In this document: positions 26,105 to 38,710 of the stretch, in pieces
Layout: each line of letters begins with the position of its first letter
Position numbering within the stretch: the first letter of the stretch is position 1
DNA from: Trichoplax sp. H2
Taxonomy: Eukaryota
Reading direction: 5' to 3'
Length of the DNA: 64,000 bases
Assembly: GCA_003344405.1 (NCBI GenBank)
Contig: NOWV01000135.1
Coordinates: 62,001-126,000, forward strand
Made by a program: the position numbers and the translations under genes
The notes under the pieces: model-generated
The model's input: the letters and a program-made list of their open reading frames with translations, nothing else
What the model was told of the DNA's origin: nothing
Databases searched by the model: none

Positions 26105-28020
26105 TTTCTATATAGCGAAAAATTTTTGTACTCCATTTTCTTCTATTTTATATATCCATTGTGATAACTGTTATACGTATTGTATACGTAAGATGTTCTT
26201 AACTATTCTGGAACGCAGTTTGAATGTAAATATGAAGCAGATGATGAATCGAATAATTTTATGCCAGCTTGACTGGTTTACAGTGTATAAGAGATCTCAG
26301 TGTAGCAACATAGCTCAAAGTATATGCTACGAACAGCGAAACTTCTTAAGATAGCATTAAAATCTATAAAAAAATTGCTATAATTAAGTTTATATATCGG
26401 TGTTCATAGTTATTTGCAACCGTATCAAATGGGGACTTTATGACAGTTATGATTCAATTATTTAATTAAATTTTTACGGATAAATTATATTTGACGATAG
26501 ATACTAAGCAAGTATCTGTTGATGCAACAAAAACAATTTAGTGAAAACTAATAAATTTTTCTTTGAAGCGATCTTAGATAGCATTTCGAAGTGGCTATAG
26601 CAGATATTGAAATAGCATCCAGTCGTTACTAGAGTTTTATATTTACTTTTATATCAATTATTAAGAAAAGGCAAAGAGGACTTTTAAAAAATTTTTTCCT
26701 TCAATATGATACATTTAATGTTTACGATATTTCATTGTACCTTAGCCCACATCACAAAGAATGTAAAAGATGATCTTTTTAGTATCAGTTAAGCCTAACT
26801 TACGGCATAAAGAGATAGAAGGAAACTGTGCAAACTATTTGCCTTACTACATATGCAAGATAATGACAACATCTGCAGTAGTAGATGAAAAATATTTTGG
26901 TTTTATTATCGCGCTTAAAATGAACTGAATATGGTATTAGTTAAACAGTACCCGTGTAAGTAAGACCCATGCAGTACAGTAATAACTCAATCCGATTTGT
27001 TTTAGTTTAACAATGATCATGTAAAATCTGTCATTAGCTTCAAGATTCTGCCACCCATACAGCCAGCATTCGTAGAAAAGAGTATATACGAAATTACAGA
27101 TTGTAGATTGCAAATTCCATCAAAACTGACGGTATCTATTAGCACTAAACAAAGGAAATATTTTCATCACAAATTATCAAAATTTACTGTATTTGAAACT
27201 TTGAACATAGCAACCGTACCGAAATCTTATTAAAAATAGAAAATTTACGACATCTGTAAAATTTACCTGAGAGCTGAAAGCCAATTAATTACAAAGTGAG
27301 TTAAACGTTTAAGTGACAGCATTTTTGTAGCTGTAGGAATATCACCAATATAAACAATAGCATGAGTACATGCATGTCTCCGATTTTATTAAAATTAAAC
27401 GATCTGCTCTGCATATGAGTGGACATTCTCAACGTAATTTGATGCTGAGTAGAAGGATACGATAAAAAATGGTAGTCGGTATCACAAAATTTATACAGGT
27501 TTTGTAAATAGTAAAAACGAGAATGACTACATACACAATGCTAAGCTGATATTACAGTCTTTACAACGTGCATACGGCAAGATCAATCTTCAGTAATAAC
27601 AGAAAGCCGCAGCATTATACGTACCGTATAAAATTAGTGCATGATAGCATAATCGAATTAGTATCAATTTATCTACTCTATATTTAGGCTATTTATTAAA
27701 ACCTTACTCCTAGCAAATCCTATGCCTGAGCTTCCATATTAGTCGATTACTTATTTTGTTACAAATAAGCAAATTGTTTTATTACTTGAGTACGACACCG
27801 TTTTATCGTACATCATCACACATGCTAATTAGAAAATATCATTAAACTATGATAATCCAGAGATCGTTATAATAAATAAAATATAGCAATTTTCATTTTC
27901 GTGGTTGAGATCGTAATGACAGATTAATATTTATAGGTATAATATTTCGCACAGAGTGGGTATCATAAAAAATTAAATTTACATAACTGTATACACAAAT
28001 TTAGTTCAAGAAAACTTGTG

Positions 28021-31000
28021 CTACCTTCCGTAATACTGCTTGAAGGTACTTTCATTGGATAAAATCGACATCGTAACAAAACAATGAATCAGCAAGCGTG
28101 GAAATTTAGATGTAAAATACTGTACAAAACTATCAGGTAGATCGCCAAGTTCTTCACGTAAAGGTATTGATAATTCGTAATAGTGATGTTTCTACATAAT
28201 AAAGTTTAGAACTTAGTTAAGCATTATTTTTACGTTACGCCGTCTATCCGCAGTAAGTGAATAAATTTTTACTTCAAAGTCGAAGCAGTCTTTCTTTAAT
28301 AAAATAAAACGCTAGCGCTACGGTATTACCTTGTTTCTTAAAGCTCGCAGAAGATCTTTAACGGAATCACCTTTGTAACTCCTGAATTTTCTAAGATCTA
28401 TCATTATGATTTTTTTATGATCGATCATGAAATGGTATTAGTAGTCTGTAATGCTTAAAGTAGTTAAGTTAATATATCTTATTCTATTGTAATATGTGAA
28501 GATGATACAAACCTTCTTCTAGGACGTTGCCTATGTATTTCTTCCAGTCACCACGAGTGACTGTTATGCTCTTTGACTCTAATAGTTCTACTAACTTACT
28601 ATTCGATGGTTCCTTCTCAATACGGTCACTAATATCCTATCATGATCGAAGTTTAAGTCAGTAATTGTTCGTATAAATCAAAAACAGTCACATATACGGT
28701 AGTAGCAATGACTAACTGTTATTCAGAGTACTCGCGTACAAACGATATTTTTACTAACCAAAAAGAAGGATAACTGCTTGCCATTACTCCAATACACAGG
28801 GTGTTGCATAGCAACTAATGCTGTTGGTCTTCAAAGAAATATTTGTCATTATTTTAGTTGAAATCCTACGATTGATAAGGTTATAGTACACAATGCTAAC
28901 ATTACCTTTGTTTTGGATTGGCAGTAATCATTTTTTTGATTAAATCTATTTCCGTATATGACCCTAAAGATAACATTTAAGAGGAATAAACGATTTTGTC
29001 AATGAAATGAAAACGACGCTAAAATTTAAATTATCAAAATATAGCATAATAAATGAGGGAGTTGTAAAGGTATATCTGATAATGCACCTTCAAGTTCGTC
29101 ATCAAACTTTATAGAATAGCCCATCCTGATATTGGATTGTCGATATGCAGCTTGACCAAATGGATGCTTTCCTTTCGAAAATGTATAATATATGACACAA
29201 CCAGCAGAAAATATGTCTGCTGAAAAAGCCTATAAAAAGTACACGAAAAGGTAATCAGAATTTTTGTCAAAATTGGTGTGCTAAATTGCTTTGTTTTGGT
29301 AGAATTTTGAACTATGATCTTTAAACGAAATAAAGCACCATACGAGTATGTCCATGAAAATGATGAAGTATACTCACATATTTAGCATCATCTTGGAATA
29401 ATTCTGGAGCCATCCATCCTTCGGTACCAACTACCAAGCCAGTAGACTTACTGGCATAGTAACCATATGATCCTTGAAGTGTTATTTGCTTACATAATCC
29501 AAAATCTGATAATATCACCTTTCCGCGTTTTGATGAATTTAGCATTTTTACTAATATATTCTGAGGTTTAACATCTCGATGGACTAAATAACGTTATAGT
29601 AAAAAAATAAATTAAGAGTAATATATATTTAACGGTGATAATTGGTTTGCAAAAATGTACTTATTTCTAAGGAATGCAAGTGCGACAATCCATCCAAAAA
29701 TTGATATAACGCTTCAACTGGCTGAAGATTGTACTCGGAGAATCGATCCTCTTTGATACACTAATAATTGCAAAAGTTCTTGTTATGTAGCAATATAAAA
29801 GACAAGGAAACACTAGTACCAGATGATAAATTTACCTCAGATAACGTTGTAGAACATAATTCCAAAGCAATATATTGAAATTGATCATCGTTTTCCTGAT
29901 AGTATAAGAAAGTTCTGTCACTCTCCGGCATTCATTTTAAGCAATATTTATTAACTTACCGTGCAATAATATCTAATAACATGATCGTGTTGATCCGATT
30001 TCCTTAATAGCGCCACCTATATATTCAAAATCTCCACCTTTAGATGTACCGTCAAATATAATACTATAATAATTTTTTATATATGCAGATATGATAAGAA
30101 CCTCTCGCTCAGCAAACCGTTGATAATCTAGCAGAACACGCTTTACAGCTACATCACGATTGTCAAATCTTCCCCTATTATGACAAGGACGTATTTAAAC
30201 ATGCTGCAATTAATAAGTAGTAAGGCATTTTCATAGTTTTACCTGTATACCGAAGTACCGAAGGATCCTTTGCCAATAACACTCGCTAGGTCAATAGTGA
30301 TTTTGCCAATAGTGAACAGCTTCGAATCTAGTGCATTAAATTGATTATAGTAAACGTTAATCCAACAAGAAAAAATCAGTAAAAGACTTAAAATCTTTAA
30401 ACCTGTCGAAGTAGACGAGGAATTGAGAATGCTGTTGCTTAAACCAGAATTACTAGTAGAACTTTCAGATAAATCTTGGACAGAGTCTGTTACACTTGTT
30501 ATCTTATTCTACGAAATTAATATCAGTATATTCAATTTAGAAACATCATATCCAAATTTGAATATACATTTACAAAACATGCAATATGGTGCATAATATA
30601 ATCGCAAAGACATAAAGCTGACCTTGCTTCGATTACGGTTATAAAAATACACTGCTACAGCAGTAACAATTCCAATTGAAATCGCGATCAAAACTTTTAA
30701 TGTCATATCTAACGTGCGGGCTAATGCCAGAATGTCTAATATATATTATTAAAGAGAAATTTATAAGCAACACAATAATATCCTCTCGTACCTAATACGC
30801 GAGCTAATGTCAGGACGTCTACACATTAATTATCAAAGAAACTAATTATAACCAACATATCAGTATCCGTTCTAATGTCAAAGTTATATAATTTCTATTA
30901 TGTTATCGCTAGCATAATCCGGTAAAGAAAACTTATATCAAGCTACGAGTATTATTTCATGACCCTTACCATCTCTAGAATAATCAAAGTTTTCTGATAA

Positions 31001-34000
31001 AATTCCAGAAGTGTCATTTTGCTTAGTAATCTCGTTGTGTAATGCATGAGGTCTCTTTGTCGGAGTATTTGGTAATCGATCTGGTTCTTCATGATATCCA
31101 ATCATATTAGTAATGATGTCATTACTGAAATCATAATTAGGATAGGGTGATAATTCATGACTATCACTTTTAGAGGCCGAAGGTGAATAGGACTGGACAG
31201 GATTCGGCATTAATCTATTTGGCTGAGAATGAAATACAGTGAACTGAGTTAATCATTACGATCATAATAACAAGCAATGACTTTCATAGCTAAAGTGTTA
31301 CCCTGAGAATCATAGAACCTTCTTCAACGAACGAAGGCATAGCGTATAATCCGTCGTCATTTTTTCCAATATAGAGAGTCCGGCTACGTCAATTAGCGTT
31401 GATAATATTCGTGCGCAATAACAACGATCACAACATAAATATAATTTAAATATAAATCAATAAACTTAATACTCAAAGTATTAAAATTACCGTAGCCTTA
31501 ATTCATTTAATCGATAGTTGGCCTTTTTATTTTCTCCTTTCATGATTTTTATTACAGTTTCCTCAGCAACAGAAATTACAGGTAATTTTCTTACTACACC
31601 TTTAATAGGTAAATAGACAGCAACTATTGGTGATCCAAAGTCCCTTTCGAAAACTACGTTGCCTGTAATTTGTTTTAGAAAATTATTTTCAGGAATTATT
31701 TCATATCGTTGAACACAATGTCTCGAAACATAACCAATACAGCGAAGATAGCTTTAACGTTTATCGAAAAATACTGTGTAAAAATCTTACCAGTGCTATC
31801 TAACGCTACCGTTAGTCCATTAGTAGTTGACGATATAAAATTAAGATCTATGAGTAAAAAAAAAATAGCATGATATAATTATTATGAGTATACGGAATAT
31901 ACCTGTATGTATTTAATAAATTTATTATGACTTTAATTAATTATCAAAGTAAGACAAACGATAGCACTATATTGGCAAACAGTAATCCAATGAATAGATA
32001 TTTGTGCATTATCATGTACCGTAATTGCCCAAGTAATTTCCGAAGGGGACATATTCATAGAAAGTAACGTTCCACCTGTAAAGTATTACGCATTTTAAAG
32101 AGTATGCTACATGATTAGAGGTACTAATAAAAAGTTACCATTAATGCTAACTTACTTTAAGATTCTTGATACCGTGTCATACATAGTCGCTAAGTATTCT
32201 TTATGATAAGATTATAAGTAACGTTTTAGTAAAGAAAAATACAACACGGTGACTTAATTATAGTAGCCTATAGTATATGCAACGTACTCGATACTCCAAT
32301 ATAAACAGGTTTCGCATATTTATCAATCACTGGACATATTGGTTGATATAGGGATAGCTCTTGTATCAATTTTCCCGTATTCTTATCAATGACATACCAT
32401 AAATCAACTTTTTTTCCTTTATTCATTAATTATAAAATAACGCATGATAATTTCAGTATATCATACGAAAAATATAATAGGAAAGTACTGTATACTAACT
32501 GGTGTACTGTCTTACCAGTATATAAAATGCCGTCTTTACTTTGGCTTGGAGATACCTGTACTAACTCTGGTATAGTAAATGGCATTTTCTAAAGAATGTT
32601 TTTACAAAAACGTCAATTATTAACAAATAGCATAGACTTGGAAGTCGATAAGAATATCAACACAGAATAAAAATTATAGCATCATATTAAATTTATTTAC
32701 AAGTCGTTATTACCTTTATCTCTTCTTCAATACTATTAGAGACACGATACAAGCTGCCATCCTTCGGGTCCGGGATAAACGTTGGTCTGAGGCGTACAGT
32801 ATTTCATGACAATAAAGGCACAAAAATTTTAATTTAGTAACCAGTATATTACTACGACATCAAGGTTATCATCTATCTGTTAGTACAGTATATAAGACAT
32901 TCATAAAGTATTAGTGATAATATTTTTCATTTATTTCCCATTAGAGATAAGCAATTATCATAGATATTTTGTATATAAAATGCTGCAGTACCCTTTGAAA
33001 GTATCGGATGGAACCTTGACGATATGATCTGAAGAAAAAGATCGTTTTAAGAGTACACTTTAGCATATCTACATAGTACAACATTTATAATACAGTGGAG
33101 CCTTACATATCACAACATCAATAGCTACAGCACACTTTCGTTATCACAAATAATAACTGATCGATTAATAACGCTGATGCAATCATCCCTCAAACTGTCC
33201 TGGTTCTGTTAAAGTTCTACATCATACTGTTTATAGTACCGCAGAGCATAAATGTTACTACATCTCTGAGCTAAGGCAAGTAGAGAAAATTTTTCAATCC
33301 TTATTGTATAGCATAAAGGACCTTAATTAAAATGAAGTTAATTCTCGCTATCCATATGAGAACACTTGACTAAAATTGCTGTTTACATGAGGTATCTCAG
33401 AAATGTCCTAACTTGTTTCAATTAATTCCTCAAGTAGCAGAATTGCTCAATTGATTGGATACAAGAGGCTTACCAATATCGTGATGGGAATTTAAACTGA
33501 ACCAAGAAATCGCTGTTTACGTAACGTATCTCAGAAATGTCCTAACTTATTTCAATTTCTAAAGTAGCAGAATTGCTCAATTGATTGGATACAAGAGGCT
33601 TACCAATATCGTGATGGGAATTTAAACTGAACCAAGAAATTACTGTTTACGTAACGTATCTCAGAAATGTCCTAACCTATTTTAATTCCTAAAGTAGCAG
33701 AATTGCTCAATTGATTGGATACAAGAGGCTTACCAATATTGTGATGGGAATTTAAACTAAACCAAGTGTTATGAATATGTACAGTAAGTTACGACATAGG
33801 GCTTATTAAAATGTCGTTAAACTACCAGAAAATAAAAATATTCTTCCGTTTTACTAAATTTAATAAAGTGGAAAATGCAAGAATTTTCTACTATAATTGC
33901 TGTATGCTAATACTGGGATAATGCTACTAATTTTAACATAGTATCATTTTCGTAATGCGGCTTAGTAACAATAGTTAATTAGCTACTATATTGTATTTGC

Positions 34001-35702
34001 CTATCCTGAAGATTAATAACAGAATGCAACACAAAAATGTGGCAAAACTGACTATTTATAACTTCACCGTTTCTGTACTATTCTGTTATTCACTGTAAAT
34101 TAATATAATATCAGCAATAAAACGTTACAAATTTGAAACATTCTTCATCATTCGATATGTCATACCATGAATATAGTATATATATATATAGTATATAAAA
34201 TAGATATGGATAAGAATGTAAAATATAGCACTATCTTACGTAGTGTATTACGAAAGGAATATGAATGGAAAATTAGCCCTATGGGTTCTGATGTGGCAGC
34301 AACGTAGTGCGTGTAGATTATATTAACTTAACCGAATATTGTGTATTTTGATATTCTATTCTGAGTAATACTTGAGTAAAAAAGATGTGATTTTTAAAAT
34401 TAGAGAAGTAGTACAGTGCCAACAGTACCGTAGTATATAACAGAACTACATCATGTTGTGCATTTTATCATTTTGGGCTGTTTAATATAGTTTAAGCAAG
34501 ACTTTGAAAATACTGGTCGATGAAATCGTACCTTGTTTACGCGTCCAAATTCGTTTTCCAGTCCTCCGAACTCCATGCAATGTACCATCCATGGATAGAA
34601 ATATCAGTACAGTGTCATCTTCTATTTGTGTATGCAGTATATCGGCCTATGAAGAGCGAAGCATGTTATACAGAATTAAGAAGAGAAAAGACAATCTTTC
34701 AAATGCTGAATATAGAATGTAGTTAAGCTTGAGTAGTAATGAATTTTGACAAGGCCAACATTAACGATGGTGGAAAGAATGGAAGTTATTGGTATATTCA
34801 TTATTCATTGATTGGGTTAGTGTAATGATGGCTAATACTAAGACTTGTAGCATTTTACTGTTTTAAGATATAAAAAGAGAATAAAAACAAAGCAATCGTT
34901 GCAAGACAGCACCGATAATGGAAAGGGACTAAAGTAATTTGGTGAGTGTAACAACGGCTGTTACTACTACGACTAAAAGCAAGGCTTGAAAGGTAAAAAA
35001 GGTTCAAAAAATCTTTCAAATACTGTACTGTACAGTAATGAATTGGGGGGAAGAGAAGGCATTCTTGCCAATGGCTGAAGGAATTGAAGTTTGAATCTTG
35101 CATTTGCCAAGTGTAATCATGATTATCACTGTTGTACTTTGCATTAAGCTTTCAACGTAGTTCTAGCAATAAGTCAAGATTTTGGCATCAACTCTTCTTG
35201 AAGACCTACCTTTAACTCGTGGTCAAGAGTGTTTGAGGATACAGTAATGAGAAGATTTTACTTGTGTGTTGAAAATGATTGCTAACAACAATAATGACTG
35301 ATATACCGTAATGAGCTAGTTAAATAAAGAGGATGGTAATTACAGTTTTCTATCATAATAACATTTGTATCAAGACTTGGAGTAAGAGAATCGTTGTACA
35401 ACTATGATCCGTTAGCCAATACCCGAATAACCATCATCCAATGAGCGCTACAACATGTATTTATGATATGGAGAATTAGAGAGAGAGAAGTAAACTGGAC
35501 TGATTATTCTACTATTGCTAGTTGTTGAATGAATAATGAAGCTATAGCAGGCAGAATTGAGACTGCAATTGCTGACTGAGTTGGTTGCTCTTCTACGCCG
35601 ATGTTGGCCATGGCGATTGGAAAACAGCCTAATTACCTTGTTTGCATGGCAGTTTTGGTAAAAGGTTAACACTAACACAAGCCAAACCAAGCACTTGAGC
35701 AT
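28021..35702 (-). CDS. ERN1: Inositol-requiring enzyme 1 (ER-stress sensor kinase/endoribonuclease), multi-exon
   Basis: Signal peptide [20 protein letters not shown]. Luminal motifs [30 protein letters not shown] and [39 protein letters not shown]. Kinase [24 protein letters not shown] and GTEGWMAPE. RNase [27 protein letters not shown]. Stop at 28021-28023. The second exon is uncertain. Confidence 0.95.
33375..33766. repeat. Intronic tandem repeat, 3 copies of ~131 bp, in IRE1
   Basis: tatctcagaaatgtcctaac...aagtagcagaattgctcaattgattggatacaagaggcttaccaatat.gtgatgggaatttaaact at ~33393, 33527 and 33657; copies are near-identical. Confidence 0.95.
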
Positions 35703-37384
35703 TTTGGACAGAGAAAGTTCAAGAAAATGAGGGTAGAAAAATGAAAAAAAATTGTTCAGCAATTGCTTGTCAACATCGTTGGCCAATCGGTTGGATAGAG
35801 AAAGTAGCTTGACATAGAGCGTCAAGAAGTTAATTGAATCGCACTTGTGCCGTCGCTTCAGATACGTTGTAGTGGATTACCAAGGTTAAATTTGTTTCCT
35901 CTTTTCCTTTTCGACATGCACAATGGAGTCGATTAAGAAGACATGAGTGGAAAGGAATAGTCTTGAAGAAGTTGTTGTTGTTGTCACAGCCACTGCAAGG
36001 GGTAGTTATAATGGCAGTCTCCGTGTCGCTGATTTTATCCAAAGTGGTGATGGAGAGCAAGCAGGATCAGCTACCATTGAGGTAACACGTCAACACACAC
36101 CGTACAGTACTGCAGCGCAAGACTGTAAACAGTATTATGTATACCGTAGTGTTGTACAGTACAGTAGTGGGCAAAGTAGTTGAGATTGTTCTTTTCCAGT
36201 GACTGCACCTTAGGGCTTGCAAGGCCAGTGATGTTGATGACGAAGGCAATAAAACCTGTATGGATGTATATCCATACAGTGAGATATCAAAAGAAGCACC
36301 GCAATGGCTAAAAATACGACCGTCTAGTGGATGGCATCATAAACAGCCATCGGACAAAAATATACTTCTTTGTTGCTGATTTGACCGCAACTGATCCATA
36401 TACTGTACAGCGCTGTATGGCATACGGTAGAGTTCAGTGTGTACAGTACTATATCAACCTTGTCAAGTACAGTACTGCCCAGTACTTTGTATGGCATACT
36501 GTACAGTACATTGTATTGTGCCTTGTACTGTCTGGACACATTTTTATACAAAGCCAAATAAAATGCGTCCAGAGTAGCTCTTTTTAAGAGTGCCTGATGA
36601 CTGATCCACAGCAGGCGGAAAGCTTTGGATCAGCCTAGTGTACTTTTGATTGAGGTTTTGCTCTCCCATTCTCAGTGAAGAATATCTCGAAAAAGCTGTA
36701 TAACATATAGTACAGTACGCTGTAGAGGACTGTTGTACAGTACAGTGGAAAGTCCTTCTCTATCTGTATTCGGTGTTGCTTTCGTAGCGAACAACATTAG
36801 CCAAAAACGGCCTACAGTACAGTGATGGTACTGTTATTATAGATGGTCCTTGTACATGCGCATACTTTCCAAAAAGGTATCACAGACTGCAGTGCAGTAC
36901 AGTAAAATGGAAGGTTCCTCTCATGTTAATCTTGGTAATGGCAAAATTTCAACAAGTTTGTAGAGTGAAGAAAATAGAGAAATAGACACTGCTGTCATTG
37001 ACTGTTCTGTCTACACACTCGACAGTCATCAACACCATATCTGTTATTATCGATCCAATTGGATTTTTCTTATGAACGTTTTGCTTTTGCTTCCGTTTCC
37101 CAGTGAAGAATAGCAAAAGGTCAAAAGCTGATCACTGGAACCATGGCAAGGTACTGACTACAATTGTATAGGACTGTATATCAAGCTCAAAGAGCCATAC
37201 GTATATAGTATTCTACTATGACTACGAAATCTGTAGATAGACCTGACTGTCTAGTACAGTACTATACAGTACAGTAGAGCTGAACTACGAGCAGTGGAGC
37301 ACAGTACCAACATTACAGTGTACAGTACCAGAAAATGCCTAGTACTGTACTGTATAAGCTACTTTTTACTGTACTCGATACTAC

Positions 37385-38710
37385 TAGAGGCTGTTGTATG
37401 GCTCCGTACAGTAGTTTCGTCTCTATACTGGCAGTCAAGTATTGAATGTATCCTTCATTGAGACACGCACCCAGTGAAAACGATGACAAACCACTTCAAA
37501 ATACTAGGAGCTTCAACCTTGCTCAACGCTTGACAGTGTACTGTACAGTACTGCATACTGTACTGTAAGTTACTTTCTACGGTACTGTACAGTACAGTAT
37601 GTAGCTGGCTGCTGGCCATGGTAAAATAGTCAAATCAATCCAATCAAAATACTGTACAGACTGCAATCACCTACTGTATAAAGAAGGCTGTTGTATGCTC
37701 CGTACAGTACAGCAGTTTCCTGTGTACAGTATAGCCCTACTCAACTATGGAATGGATCAGTCAGTGAGAAAGCAACACGTACCAAGAGAAAACGACGACA
37801 AACCACTTGAAATTACTTGGGAGCGTCAACCTTGTTCAACGCTTGACAGTGGCTAGTCTACAGTGTACAGTACAGTAAGTTACTTTCCACGGTACTGTAC
37901 TGTACACTGTGTACTGTACCGTAGCTGTCCACGGTAAAATAGTAAAATCCAATCCAATCAAAATACAGACTGCAACCACCTATACAGAAGGCTGTTGTAT
38001 GCTCCGTACAGTACAGCAGTTTCCTGTGTACAGTATAGGCGACCTCAACTATGGGATGGATCAGTCAGTGAGAAAGCAACACGTACCAAGTGAAAACGAC
38101 GACAAACCACTTCAAATTACTTGGGAGCGTCAACCTTGTACAACGCTTGACAGTGGCTAGTCTACAGTGTACAGTACAGTAAGTTACTTTCCACGGTACA
38201 GTACAGCTGTACCTTGTCCACGGTAAAATAGTAAAATCCAATCCAATCAAAATACAGACTGCAATCACCTATACAGAAGGCTGTTGTATGCTCTGTACAG
38301 TACAGCAGTTTCCTGTGTACAGTATAGCCCTACTCAACTATGGAATGGATCAGTCAGTGAGAAAGCAACACGTACCAAGTGAAAACGACGACAAACCACT
38401 TCAAATTACTTGGGAGCGTCAACCTTGTACAACGCTTGACAGTGGCTAGTCTACAGTGTACAGTACACTAAGTTACTTTCCACGGTACTGTACCGTAGCT
38501 GTCCACGGTAAAATAGTAAAATCCAATCCAATCAAAACACAGACTGCAATCACCTATACAGAAGGCTGTTGTATGCTCCGTACAGTACAGCAGTTTCCTG
38601 TGTACAGTATAGCCCTACTCAACTATGGAATGGATCAGTCAGTGAGAAAGCAACACGTACCAAGTGAAAACGACGACAAACCACTTCAAATTACTTGGGA
38701 GCGTCAACCA
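37385..38710. repeat. Tandem array of a ~290-bp unit (about 4.5 copies, first copy degenerate)
   Basis: gaaggctgttgtatgctccgtacagtacagcagtttcctgtgtacag...ggatcagtcagtgagaaagcaacacgtaccaag...ttacttgggagcgtcaacc starts at ~37683, 37987, 38276 and 38561. A diverged copy starts at ~37387. Confidence 0.95.

Noticed and set aside
34617-34625. NAGNAG acceptor (tag/aag) in IRE1 where proximal use could create a TAA stop
   Set aside because: It depends on my uncertain model of the preceding exon (35401-35344) and cannot be supported without transcripts.
35780-35800. CCAAT near the IRE1 start as an ERSE/UPRE element
   Set aside because: It lacks the CCACG half-site at the required spacing, and there is no TGACGTGG.
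36594-36640. CTGATGA followed by the hairpin ctgatcca/tggatcag with an internal GAAA (hammerhead ribozyme, SECIS or C-box?)
   Set aside because: GAAA lies inside the loop rather than after stem II. There is no 3' GA for a SECIS quartet and no nearby D box.
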